The position numbers and the translations under genes are program-made. From assembly GCA_013239625.1 (NCBI GenBank), contig MU054323.1, forward strand, positions 20,233,082 through 20,297,081: DNA of 64,000 nt, read 5' to 3'. The stretch is from Lama guanicoe (Eukaryota). Under the pieces are notes generated by a model. That model made no database searches. It saw nothing but the letters and a program-made list of their open reading frames with translations, and was not told where the DNA came from. Of this stretch, positions 26,032 to 38,830 are shown one piece after another (the stretch's first letter is position 1; each line of letters begins with the position of its first letter).

Positions 26032-26657
26032 GTAATTCATAATTATATGTATGTTAGTGTTTTTGTTTTCTATTTTACGTGAAGTCCATAAATTTAAATT
26101 GTTTCTTCTACCAAATTTTGCACAGTGATAGCAGTATTATGGTAAAAGTATTATGACTAAGTTACATTCGAGTAATTTAATTTTTCTGGTTAACTAAGAG
26201 TTGGCAAAAACTCCTGTGTCTGTCTCACTTGGTACTTGAAAGGCTTATAAAGTATAGCACATGATTTAGTTACCAGTAGAAGAAATATTTTTGGCTTTAT
26301 GAGATAAGTGACTTATGTATACTTTGTCTTTCTCCCTATGTTTTGTTTCTTTCTTTTTTTTTTTTCTCTTTTTAAATAAATAGCTTTTCTTTTAGACTCT
26401 TTCCAGATGAGATTCTACCATTGGTGGTCTGCTTTCTTTCCTGGAATCATAATAAACTTTGTCAACTAAGAATACTTCTTTCTGTAAACTTCAACAAGAA
26501 ACTTTTTAAACATTTTTAACAAGTTGAATTAGAGCATGTACTTTATTGAAGGGAGGAAATTCTTGTAAACAGAGTATTCCATATTTTGCAGTTTTTTGTG
26601 ATTTTTATTGTTTGTATCGTGGGGAAAATATTTTACTATTAATAATATTTCAGTGTT

Positions 26658-26737
26658 GGGGGAGAGTATAGCTCAGTGGTAGAGCATGCACGAGGTCCTG
26701 GGTTCAATCCCCAGTACCTCCATTAAAAAAAAAAAAG
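26658..26737 (+). mobile_element. Short tRNA-Ala-derived SINE with an internal deletion, apparently young
   Basis: A box TAGCTCAGTGG, B box GGTTCAATCC, pure A12 tail, perfect 16-bp TSD ATAATATTTCAGTGTT (26642-26657, 26738-26753). Confidence 0.92.
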
Positions 26738-28217
26738 ATAATATTTCAGTGTTTAACATTTATGGTTTCATGGTAAAAGTTTCCAAAAAGTTTTATTACA
26801 TGTATTTTTTTTAAGAATTAAAGGGACATATTTTCTTTTTAAAAAGTATTTTATTGTGCTCAAAAGTGCTGTTCCTTTATCTCGAAGAAAACATTACAGA
26901 AGAAGATTGGTACAAACATGTAGAACTACTATCCACATGAAAACCTAATAATGAAAATGAAAGGGAAAATAAATATTCAAGGGAGAAAAAGGTTAATAGT
27001 CTTTATAACTTATACGCATGAAATTTAGAAAAGAAAGTAGGGTTTGTTGTTGATTCAACAGAATGATGGATAATAATATGGCAAATGATTATGCTCAGAA
27101 ATTAGCTTTTGTTCACAGAAGCGGAAATAGAAAGGAAATATTCAACATATTTCAGTATATTTTATTGTATTTGGTTGTTGAGAGTGGATCTTTTTTTAAA
27201 AGGTGATATTTTTGCTTTATAATTTGTTAGCAATTTGTATATGCTAAGCACTGTAGTAGATGAAAATTTGCAAAGGTCTGTAGGATTTTTTTTCCTACTC
27301 ACTTGCTTTTTAACCATGTAGTCCTTTATCAGTCTGCTGTTGGTAGGATTAGGCTCTTCCAGGATGTAATACAGTCATGCAGTAGATGACCCTCAGAACC
27401 ACAGTGGGAAGAAGGGGCAAGACTTTGCTGGTTCAGATGACCTCCAGTGGTAATGCAGAATCCAGCCAAGGACTGGTGGCTATAGGTCATTTTGCCCATT
27501 AGACACAGTAACTAGGGTGTTTGCTTTTAAGGGACCATGGAAAGTTAGGTGGGTGTGCTAGTGGTGGTAGCATGTATACAGTTATGTTTATATGCTTATC
27601 TACATATACATAGGAGTGTTTCAGAATTTAAAGAACTGCAAAGTTGTACTTATAGATATTTAATTAAATTGTATACAATGTAACATATTAGTAAACTGCA
27701 TATAAACTAAGCTCCTCTATAATTTATATAATGTGAGATGTATGTGCATTTTAGTATTTTTGATAAAATGTGGGACAGAAACACTTCAAAACTGAGAGTG
27801 CCCGGTATCTGTGGAGGCATCTTTACTGTTTAGTGTGGGCTTTACAGCTTTAAATTTCTTGAGTTCAGGTGTCTTCCTTTGACTTTTGCTTAACTTTGCT
27901 AACTTTTAATTTTAGAGTAGTTAATGGTTTTCTGTTAGACTGAAATGGATAATAATGAAACTTCATTATCTACCTTTATTGTTAAGCTATTTGTTTTGCT
28001 TTCATTTAATTCTGTACTTTTTTTTTAAATACTGTACTGTTTTATCTGATGACAGTAACATCTTGCTCTCCTTGGAGATTTATTCATTTATTCACCAAAA
28101 TGAAGTTTTATAGTCTCTGAAGTTTTATGGTTTCATTATTGTGATACTGGATTTATTACTTTATAAAAAGTAGAAGGAATTACATGTACCTAGATATTTT
28201 TTGTCTTTTTTCCCCAG

Positions 28218-28335
28218 GATACCTTTTTCTACTCGTTGGTCTATGACCCCTCAGTGAAAACACTATTAGCTGACAAAGGTGAAATCAGAGTGGGACCTAG
28301 ATATCAAGCAGACATTCCAGAAATGCTCTTAGAAG
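28218..28335 (+). CDS. MTA3: MTA3 coding exon (probable exon 6), end of BAH and start of ELM2
   Basis: ttccccag|GATACC...TTAGAAG|gtatgt; 118 nt; [39 protein letters not shown]. Confidence 0.97.
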
Positions 28336-28962
28336 GTATGTTTTTCTTTGGGTTTTCAAGTCCTATGAAAACAAAGGTACTTTAAAACTCAAATATTATT
28401 TTCTTCATATGGAAGAAGCAACTTTCAGGCTAAAGTTTAAAAGTTAGGGCCTCTTCCAATTTTAGACATATAGCAAACAGCAATGAAAAGTAATTTATTT
28501 GATCAGTTATTCTTTTTTGACTTTATAATTTTGTGAGTTTTCTAGCTGTATTTTTCTTTCAAATACATCTTTAAGAATGTTTTAGTGCTGTTGAACTTGT
28601 GACATGCTCATGCCTTGGGATCCTGAATGCCCTCCTGTCATCATTCTGAGGTAGCCATGGAATCTGGTGAACAGTTAGGTTTTGTTGGGGATGTTGGCTG
28701 GTCTGAATAGTTTATATACCAGAGAGATTCAAAGCTTTGCATTTTAAGAACAGGTCTTCCTAGCAAGACTTAATTTTTCCTTCTCCTGCCCTAACTGTAT
28801 ACTTAAAACCTTTATTTTCTGATTTCAAAAGTGAAACATTCTTACTGTTAAAAAATGAAACACAAAATACAGAAATGTGTAATATAGAAAACAAACACCA
28901 TCCCCTTGCCTTCATTCCAAACCCCCATTTAATTACTATTATTATTTAGGGTATTGTTTTTG

Positions 28963-29137
28963 TGCTTTTTTGGAAGTGTAGATTTTACACAAAGATGAAA
29001 GAATAATAGGTGATTTAATTTTGGGAGGGGTGTAGTTAGTACTTATTTATTTATTTTTAGAGGTGGTACTGGGGATTAAACCCAGGACCTTGTGTATGGT
29101 AAGCATGCGCTCTACCCCTTGAGCTATACCCTCCCTC
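28963..29137 (-). mobile_element. Chimeric retro-insertion: full tRNA-Ala-derived SINE (29021-29137) plus a 54-nt inverted copy of 24048-24101
   Basis: A perfect 16-bp TSD TAGGGTATTGTTTTTG at 28947-28962 and 29138-29153 encloses both parts. Confidence 0.85.
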
Positions 29138-32100
29138 TAGGGTATTGTTTTTGGTACATGCTCTGGCTCATAATCCTTTCAGTCTTTGTGCAGTTCCAGG
29201 TTGCATATGTTATTCTGCAGCTGCTGCTTTCAATTGGTCGTGTATCTTTAGCATCTTTCCCCATTAGTAGAGTGATTTTATTTTTTTTGGTGACTAATAG
29301 TTCTTAAGTCTGCATGGATGTACCATAATTTCCTTTTCTAGGACCCTATATTAATTTTTGTGTGAGAGAGCCAGATGCCTCCAATAGAGTATTAGGGAAT
29401 TTCTCCCTCTCGTGTCCCCCGACTCTCATTTTGTTATATTATTGTCTTGGATTTTTGGTTTTTCTTTGCTGCTGCTGCTGTTGTGTTAACTTTTAAAAGT
29501 TGAGATTATGCTTTCCTTAGTTACCTTTAGTTTTTCTGTAAATTCCTTGTATATTTTCTGTTTGCTTATTTATCTGTATAGGTGTTGACAAGAATACTTT
29601 GTTTATCTTTAATAAACGAAGTATTTGTCCTTTGTCTTCAAGTATTGCACATACTGCCTCTTCATTTTTAAAAAGTTAATAATGATTTTAAATTTAACTC
29701 ATTTATTTTTGTTATATAAAAATTTAGAATTTTTGTCATACAGAAGTTTAGAATTTATTAGTCTTTTCCCTTAAGGTTTTTATAATTTGCATTCTTTACC
29801 TTGCCTTACTCATAGGAAATGTATACAGAAAAGTTAAATCAACTCAGGATAGAGTTTGTGAACCATAAGGCACACTGGTCGGTTGTCATTGTCAGTGGTG
29901 GGTAGGTGGGGTGCCTGTGAATAATACCAGGCTGCATATGTCTTCATTTTAGTGAACTTAATACCAGGAAAGGTCAATCAATAATGACTAAGTTTTGAGA
30001 ACAGAATGTGGTATCTACACTCAACTGTGTTGTGTTTAGAAGTTTTTATGAATAGTTTGTAAGTAGTTAATCAGTTCATTATAGGCTGACAGATCACATT
30101 TATTGGCATTGTGATCTGTGCAAGTCGACTTGTCTTCCAGAAATAATTTTGGATGTTTATACAATTGTTAACGTTTGATCTTAGACTTGTATCACTGCAT
30201 CTAAGTGTTCACTATGTATTTGTTATTTTTAAAAACACTTCATTTAAAAAATTTATAAATAGTGCTACAATGAGTACCCTTTAAATAATGGATAATTTTA
30301 TATTCTGGATATAACTGGAAAATAAGTTCCTGGAAGTGGAATTTCTAAGTCATAAGAAATGCATGTTTGTAATTTTATTCAAATTGCCAGTTGTCTTCCA
30401 AGTAATCATTTACAGGTGGGTTTTTTCCTTGTTTTTTTTATTAAGGTGTAATTTGTATGTAGTACATTTCACCCTTTTTTGTGTACAGTACAATGAGTTT
30501 TTGACAAATGTTTATGCTCCTGTTGAGATAGTTCAGCAAGTCCTTCTGTGCACAGTCCAAAAGCCAGGAATGTCCCTAGTGTTCATGTGTGTGTGGCACT
30601 TGACCCGCGATATCCCCCAATCAGGCCTTTGTTACTCCTCCCTGAACTCTGATCGTTACTTTTTTCAAACTATGTGGACTGTGTTGTTCATGTAATCTTT
30701 GGTGCTATTTTAATTATTTGATTTTTAAAATTTTGGACTGCGTGAGTTGTTGATGGTGTGGTTCTCTCTTGACCACTGAGCATAAACTTTGGTGTATAGA
30801 AAGCCTAGAAATTTTGTAGTATTGTTCATGTAAAGATAAAATGCTGAACCAAGTAATAAAATTGGGATGTTTCAAGTGCCAGTGGCAGAAAAATCATATG
30901 ATGGAAACCCGCGAGTTCTCATTTATCTGAAAAATTATGTACTTGTGATATTAAGCCTTGAAAACATAAAGTTGATTAGAGTGTTGTAATTTGGAAAGCA
31001 TATCTACCTAGCTTAGAATTTTAAAAATTAATTTAAGGAACAAAATCATACATAAAATGAAATAATTTATTCTATAGTTCTTTTCAGTAACAATTTGAAA
31101 TTTCTAAGGGTAAGAACCTTGAAGTGGTTCTTGTAGGTTAAAGCAATTATTAACACCTTGTGGCATTTGAGGAGTTATACCAGTTATCTGACAACGGTAT
31201 TCTTTGTATTCAGAAAATGTACCTAAATATTCATTAATGTAATAGATCTTATAGTTTATTAACAAATATTAATTGCTCTTAACATTGTTTCTCCTGGTAG
31301 TCCTCAGGATGAGTGGTTTACAAACTTTATTTAGGCAGTAGAACCCTTTCTTATTATACATATGACCTTAAATAAAAGAAGTCACATTGTGGATGAGGTG
31401 GAAGAGAAAGCCCCACTGAGTCTCATGAGGTACCCTATTGAGCCTTAGGATTTAAAGAACCCTAGGGGTGCTGTTCAGTACTCCGCATCTCTTAGAATGC
31501 TGTCTCTTTAAAATACAGTCAACATCTCCAAATAAACCTTGCAGCTAGAAGTGCTTGTGATGAAGTCCCTTTGTAGCAATAGTGTAACAAAGGGGCTCCA
31601 CTATTTTCCCTTTCTTTTCCCAGGTTTTAAATCTGAAAGTTTATTTTATTGCAAATGATATGAATTGTGGTAGAAAAATGCAACTATACTGGAAACAAAA
31701 GTAGTAGTCCCTCAGATCTTCCCTTCTAGCCCACTATTAACTGCTGTTATTAATTTAACATGTTCTCCCAGACTGTTTGTTACATAAATCTGTAGAGAGA
31801 GATCCACGAAATTATGTTTTATGCAGTATTCCATCGTGTGATGGATCCATCGTGTGATGGATCCAAGTTTATTTTATGTAGCTCTTATATATTTAATGGT
31901 AGGGCAAGTTTTCCCTCCTTGTTCTTAAAAAATTTCTTTGTCGAGGAGGGTCTCTCTCATAGATTTTTTTTCTTACTGTTGAAATTTATCAATTTGTCAC
32001 TTTCTTCCTTTCCAGATTTCATTAGGATTCTGATGGAAATTGTATTAATGTTATGTATTGCTTTGGGAAGTGACTGATTAATTTTATAGCGTTGAGCAGT

Positions 32101-33389
32101 ACGTGGGTCTGCTTCTGAGGTTTCTGTTCTATTCCACTGGTCTGTCTGTTCATGCTCTAGTTAAACTCTGCTTTAATTATAGCGGCTTTGTAAGTGTATG
32201 TTAATATTTGGTAAGGCTAGTTTCTCTCTTATTTCCAAGCTTGACTAAAACCAGAAGAAAAAAACCTTCCTTCCTATTTTTTTTTTGAGTTGCAGTTAAT
32301 TTTTAAGTTAATTTAGGGAGAATAGATATTTTGATGATTTTTGGAACGTCCTATCCAGACACAAGGAATTCTTTCTCTTCTTTCAAGGCCACTTTTGGGT
32401 CTTGTGGAAGCTTTTGTTTGTTTTGTTCTATTTTAATAGTGATTTTATATATTTCTTACTAAGTTTATAACTTGTTAGCTTTATTCGTAGGTATTCATCT
32501 TTAACAATGAAAAACACCATAGTTTTCATCACAAATGAAGAAGTCACTTTGAACTCTTTAATTCAGCTTTAAAGCATTTAGCATATCCAGAATGTTTCTT
32601 TTCACTTGTATCAGGCAACTAGCTAGATGAAAGATTTAAAGAACCCGTCTTTACTCTCTAATTAGTGTATTTTCAGGGGAGCAGGAGTAGGGTGGCAAAT
32701 AGGTACACCAGCAGTTAAACCAGACTTGAAAGACATAGACGTTGCCATTATAAAGCTTTCATACATGCAGCTTGTACCAGTTTTTAGGGAAATTAAATAG
32801 TAGAAAACACCATGTTCAAGAACAGATATTTAGGGCTTGATGCAGTCTGTGCTTACTAACCCTTTTGATACTCTTGAGTGGGTACGTTTAGACCAGTGGC
32901 CAGATTCCAATTTGCATTGGCATGAGTGTAGAACCTGAATTAATATCCTGAGTAGGTGGAAGCATCAGCTCCATGCCAGAACATATCACAGGCTTGCTTT
33001 CTTTGTGAACGTGTCCTGATGAATTCTAAGACATCGATGTGGCATTTGTCTTGCTGGTGAAAATTTTTCTTTTTTGTGGCTTTAGAATTTTAAATTTTGT
33101 TTATGGCTGCCCACCGTGTAACAAACTGTTGAGATCTTGAAAGCTCAGCATATAGTTTGCAAAGGAAGGTAAAGGTTTCTTTTGAGATTTTAAATCTTTA
33201 TTGAGTTTGAGTAAACCACCTAGAGAATTTTCCGTAGAAAAAAGACGTCATATGTAGTAAGTTTCACATTATTATTTAGCTGTACTGTAACACTGGAATT
33301 TTAAGAAATAAATCATTTACATGTTAAGTTAAACTTTGTTAACTGTTTAAAGTATTATAATAGCATTAAATTATTAAACTAAAATAACT

Positions 33390-33600
33390 TTGGATTCACA
33401 GTCTTGGGTAAAAACTGGCTGTATTATGTTTCAACTGAGTAACATTGGGAAAACTAACCCCTCCAAGTTCCCATTTCTTTCTCTTTAAAAAGGGAATAGT
33501 GATGTGTGTGCATACATGATAGAGTTGTGATGATCAAATGAAGTAATTTTTATAAAGCATTTAGCACAGAGTCCAGAGCTCAGTGTTAGCTACTACAGTT
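33390..33600 (+). mobile_element. MIR fragment
   Basis: 'cccatttctttctctttaaaaagggaatagtg..agagttgtgatgatcaaatgaagtaat..aaagcatttagcacag'. Confidence 0.6.
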
Positions 33601-34764
33601 GCTTCTCCCCTGGCCACCACTGTCTACTGTTACTAATTAAGTAACACTTGTCTGTAGTTGGGAATTTAGGATGCATCTGTCTTTGAAAGTTAAAGAATTC
33701 AATTAGTAGTCCCTTTGGCTACAGTACATGCTCTAAACTTGAATTACTTCACATGCAGTCAATAGATAGAAAGATGTCAGTGTAGTGTGGAAATTACGTC
33801 AGTTCATCTGAGACTTTTCTAAGCAGTTATTATCACAGATGAAGAGTGTTTACAGGAAAAAAAAAAAAAGGAGGCAATTCTACAGAAGTGCTTTCCTCCA
33901 GTGGAGGTAGTGGCCTCAAAATCTGTGGCACTTTGACTGTGTTAAAACTATATGGGGCATATTAGAGTTACAAATGAAAGGATGAAAAATATTTTCCTCA
34001 GTGTTTTAAAAAAAAACCCTGCACACTATATTCTATTTTTAATTTTGTTGAAACTGTACACAATGACCTACATCTCAGTGGAGGAAGCATGAGATCAGGG
34101 TTTAAGGAGATAAAGGATTGACTGACCTTTGTACTTGGTGTAAATGTCAGTGGAGATTTAACTGTGTTGGTATTTTTATTATGATTGTTGTGCTCTGTGT
34201 GTGTGTGTTCTTATTACCAAGTTCATAGGTTTTAAAAGTTCTGTCTTATTTTTTCCATAACCCTTATTGTTTTTAAGTGTATAATTTTGCAGAATGTGTT
34301 TTCTACAATATGGTGACTATTAATTAACTTAAAAACATCAGATTATGATAAGTTAATGTAAGCAGGTATTGGTTGCAACCATGTAAGAACAGTAATTCTT
34401 AACCCAGAGCAGTTTGCCTTCTAGGGAAAGGTAATTATTCTTTTAAGAATTGTATGCTTAGATTTATAGAGATTAATATTTGAATTATTTGACTTTCAAA
34501 ACTAAATTTTGTTAAATTTATTAAACTACTTGTACAAAAATTATACCCTTAAGATTTTAAAACCTTCTTTTTTCAAGTCATCTTATATTCTCTGAAAGTT
34601 TTGTAATTTCTTTATATAAACATTCTTCCAATTTTATTTCATAGTATTTTTTATTTTTGTTGCCACAATGAATGATTTTTTTCAAATTTTTTGTTTATTT
34701 CTCTTTGGTGGAATGCCATTAAGTTTTATATATTTATTTTAATTGTGCCTTTCTAGTAATTTAC

Positions 34765-35155
34765 TTTTTTTAATTTATTGAGATATAATTATCATATAAC
34801 ACTGTGTAAGTTTAATTTGTTGATTTGATACATTTATGTAATGCAGTTTGATTACCACCATAGCATTAGCTAATACTTCTATCATGTCGTATAATTATTT
34901 CTTTTTTGTGGTGGGAACAATTAAGATTAGTTTCTTATCAAGTTTGAAGTTTATAATAACAGTCTGTAATCACTATGCTGTGTATTAGATCTCCAGAACT
35001 TATTTACCTATATAGGTTGTAAGTTTGTAACCTTGAACTACATCTCCCTATTCTCCCCACCCTCCAGGCCCTGGTAACCACCATTCTACTCTGTTTTTAT
35101 GAGTTTGGATTTTTAAGATTCTACATATAAGTGCTATCAACAGTATTTGTCTCTA
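34765..35155 (-). mobile_element. L1 3' end
   Basis: T-tract, then 'tttattgagatataatt..tattagatctccagaacttattt..ggtaaccaccattctactctg'. Confidence 0.8.
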
Positions 35156-36853
35156 CTGTTATTCCTTTGATGCATAACGTAAAACATTGCCCAGAACTTT
35201 CAGAACATTAATACAAATGGTGATAAATAGCATCTTTGTATGTTTCTGAATTAAGTATAACACAAAAAGTGTAGTATTCTGATGGTTGTTGCGAAGAAAA
35301 TGAATTGTATTTACAACAAAGAATATTTCTAGTTGTCCAGTAAAGAATCTGTAGAATGACAGCTCATACAGCCTTAGTTCTTCAGTCTTTAAACAGTGTC
35401 ATGTGCTGTTAGGGGACTTCTACTACTGAAGAAGTAGTTTGTCATTATTTTCTAGAAATCTTGAAATGTAGCTGAAGGGTTACGGCTAACACATTTAAAA
35501 TCATTGCTGAATCTACATTTCTTCAAAATTATGAAGAGGAACATATGAAGTAAAGATTAGGATGCTGTACATAGTCATGTAATTAGTTGGTAAGTACATT
35601 TTATAGGAATTAACAGATTAGGGAGATCTTCACAGGCTGACTGGGATTCCAGCAGATCGGAATTGCCCAGATTTTCATAAATGGAGGAGGAAAGTGAGGT
35701 TATTGCAGTGACTGGGATGAACATGACCCTCAGAGCATAGAATTCATCTTGGTCCAGTCTCTGGCTTATCCCATAGCTCCCAAGACCATTCTAAAGATTG
35801 CTGATAGCTTGGTTGAGGATTTAGTTATACATGTTCTGAGTAAGTTTGATCAAGAGCTTCTTGAAAGTTTTTCCTCAAGAAGAAGTGATCAGACTGTGAT
35901 ATAAATGTAATTATATGATGACTCCAAAATGGGGAATTCTCTAGAGTGACTGAATAGAAAACTTCTGTATTTATTCTTTTGTTCTTATCCCACGATATGG
36001 TCTGTGTTTTACGTGTGAGTAGAAATGCATTCAGGGGTGTTTTATTATTTATAGCAAATTTATTTAGGACACTTACACTGAATTCTCTTTCTGTTTTATG
36101 CTGTAGAATGTATGGATAGGATTGAAATTTATCAATTTAACTAACTTGAATTTGGAAAGTAAATACCAATTTTATCCATATGTTCTTCTGTATAATAGGA
36201 GCTTAATACTAAATACCGTCATTGTTTCACTTTGTGTTATTTAAAAATACAGATTTCAAATGTAGATTTATTTTTACCATACTATTATTATATTTCTTTT
36301 TTTTACCAGTACTGTTTATCTTACTTAAAATGTTTTGCTTGAAGATACAGGAAAGTGTAATTGTGTCATTCTCCTTTCTCAAATTTCATGCAGTTGGCAA
36401 ACTTTTGGGTTTATAACTAGTTTTTAAAAATGAACCTAATGTTGAATGTCTTAGCTCATGGTTATATCTCCTTGTGAGACATTCCTAAAACAAAGCATCC
36501 TGTATTATCATCCATCTGTCTTTACCTCAGTCCGTTTCTTTCTGGTCGTTTCTTTCTGTTAATGCCAGCAGTATCCATGTAGTTCTCAAGACTTGAAATC
36601 TACCCACTATATTGTTTGTCACTGACATTCCTAAATCATCTTCTGCTCTCTATTGTCACTGTCAATACCATGTCTCTGTCTTTATCATGTATGTCTGTGG
36701 AGCAAATTATTTCATTGCTAAGTGTGAGATGTGACGTTTGGTTCTGGTTTTGTCACTCTTCTGCTAAAAAGGCAAGGGCTTTTCCTTACCTCCAAATAAA
36801 AAAATCTGTTCAGAAAATATATCATCAGTGACATTTTCATAACCCACTTCTTT

Positions 36854-37001
36854 TATTTATTTATTTATTTAGTTAAACTTTTTAAAATTGAGTTATAGTC
36901 ATTTTACAATGTGTGTCAAATTCCAGTGTAGAGCACAATTTTTCGGTTATACATGAACATACATATATTCATTGTCACATTTTTTTTCGCTGTGAGCTAC
37001 G
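36854..37001 (-). mobile_element. Heavily 5'-truncated, apparently young L1 3' end
   Basis: (TTTA)n tail; perfect 14-bp TSD TAACCCACTTCTTT (36840-36853, 37002-37015); similar to the nested L1 end near 15530. Confidence 0.88.
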
Positions 37002-37597
37002 TAACCCACTTCTTTAAGCCATCTCTTTTCTTTAGATTCCCTTTAGTGTATTCCTGACAACATGAGCTACTTTTTTATCACATCTTAAAGCCCCATGACT
37101 TTGTTCATGTTTTCATTTCTTACTTTAAGTTCTCTACCCCTGCAGGTGCATTCATACCCTTCAATTCTTAGCCACCTCTTGCATGATCTCGTTCCCTAAC
37201 TAGCCTGAAATGATTTTTATCTTCAGAATCTTACATCATATATCTGTGTGTCTCTGTGACATGTTTCTTTTCGTTTCTATCAGAGCTCTTCATGTGTAAG
37301 TTTTATCACAGTTTGAGCTTGCGGCAGGAGCACTTTTTTGTCTTTTAATCTCTTATTGTGAGGTTTGGTGCCTCACGTATACAAATACTCAAGAAAACAT
37401 GTTAATGGTCAGTTTGATTGTGTCATCATCAGAGCTCACTTTACAGAGTTCTGCATCTACTGCCTGAAAGGATGTATGCAAACCGTGAACATTTACCTTA
37501 CATTTTTTATGCTGTGGTGATCAGAGTCATCAGTCATACGTGACAATATATATGCCTTGTGAGTAACAACACTCCCATTTCCTTTGTTCTCGGACAG

Positions 37598-37700
37598 GAG
37601 AATCCGATGAGAGGGAGCAGTCAAAATTGGAAGTGAAAGTTTGGGACCCAAATAGCCCACTTACAGATCGACAGATTGACCAGTTTTTAGTTGTAGCACG
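37598..37700 (+). CDS. MTA3: MTA3 coding exon (probable exon 7), ELM2
   Basis: ggacag|GAGAATCC...GTAGCACG|gtgagt; 103 nt; [34 protein letters not shown]. Confidence 0.97.
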
Positions 37701-38388
37701 GTGAGTATGGTGCTGTTGAGTCAAGAGATGTCTTTTCTTTTTATAAAGGAATTTCTAGAAAATGTTTGTGTTTTTCCTTCAATGTGTTCTACTTTTTTTC
37801 ATTGGTTGTGTTTTTCTTTTTCTAACTATGTAAGAAAGCCTAATTTATATCACACTACTAAATAATACGATTTATTATCATTAGTTTCTGTTTTAAAAAT
37901 GAAAAGATTAATTTTTACTGATTAAGAAAAATAAGAAATGCCCCTTGTAAAAACTTAAGCACTACAGAAACATATAAAGAAGAAATTCCACACCTGAAAT
38001 CCCAGATCTTTAATTAAAATGGTGATCTCCTTTACTCTAGACAGGGATTTTTGAGGGTCATTGGTACCGTGCCCCTCTCATTGCACCGTGCTGAGTGAGG
38101 TCTGCTGGTAGGTGTGGGGCTTTCCTTCAAGAGCTCTAAGCCTGGAGGCCTGGCTGACTTGCTTGCCGCTCCGCTGCACCCTCTTTCTTGAGAAAATGAG
38201 TAAGACAGAAGTTTATTTTTATTTTTCAGTTATAAAAGTAGACGATGTTCACGTGGGAATTGCTGCAAAGCAGAAAATAAAAAAGATTATCATAGCATTG
38301 CATTTAATAGAAAAATCTGAAAAAGCCTTAAAGTACATTAGCAAGCAGTTGATGAATGAATTGAGATATACTGAGTAATGGGTTATTA

Positions 38389-38531
38389 CTATACAGCAAT
38401 GAAAACAAATCAGTCAGGGCTATATGTAGCAAAGGGAGAAATCTCAAAAATAATGTTTAGTGAGGATCCATACAGTATGATCACTGAAAAAAATTTTACA
38501 GTATGCAACCAGTGTCTTCACTAATGGGTGT
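38389..38531 (+). repeat. 143-bp direct duplication, copy 1 (embedded in an old L1 3' UTR relic)
   Basis: Ungapped match to 40087-40229 with 10 mismatches by manual count. Confidence 0.92.
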
Positions 38532-38655
38532 ATATATGCATATGCATATTACATATGTATATATGAGTTCTGGGACTAGGTATGGAAGTATTTTAAAAAT
38601 ACTTTTAAAAGTATTTATTTCCTTAAAAAAATGAACCAAACATGGCAGAATATTA

Positions 38656-38830
38656 TTATCTTTTTAATTTATTAATTTATTTTTGTTGAAATATAGCTAA
38701 GTTACAGTATTACATTAGTTTCAAGTGTACAGCATAGGGATTGAGTATTTTTATAGGTTGTACTCCCTTTAAAGTTATTACAAAATAATGGCTGTATTTC
38801 CCTGTGCTGTACAATATATCCTTATTGCTT
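38656..38830 (-). mobile_element. 5'-truncated L1 3' end
   Basis: 19-bp TSD CAAACATGGCA(G/A)AATATTA (38637-38655, 38831-38849). Confidence 0.85.

Noticed and set aside
25837..26082. 81-aa ORF as a standalone gene
   Set aside because: It is only the 64-nt MTA3 exon plus in-frame intronic flanks.
19638..26737. tRNA-Ala-like sequences as real tRNA genes
   Set aside because: A-rich tails, TSDs, broken stems and a shared non-tRNA tail identify them as SINEs.
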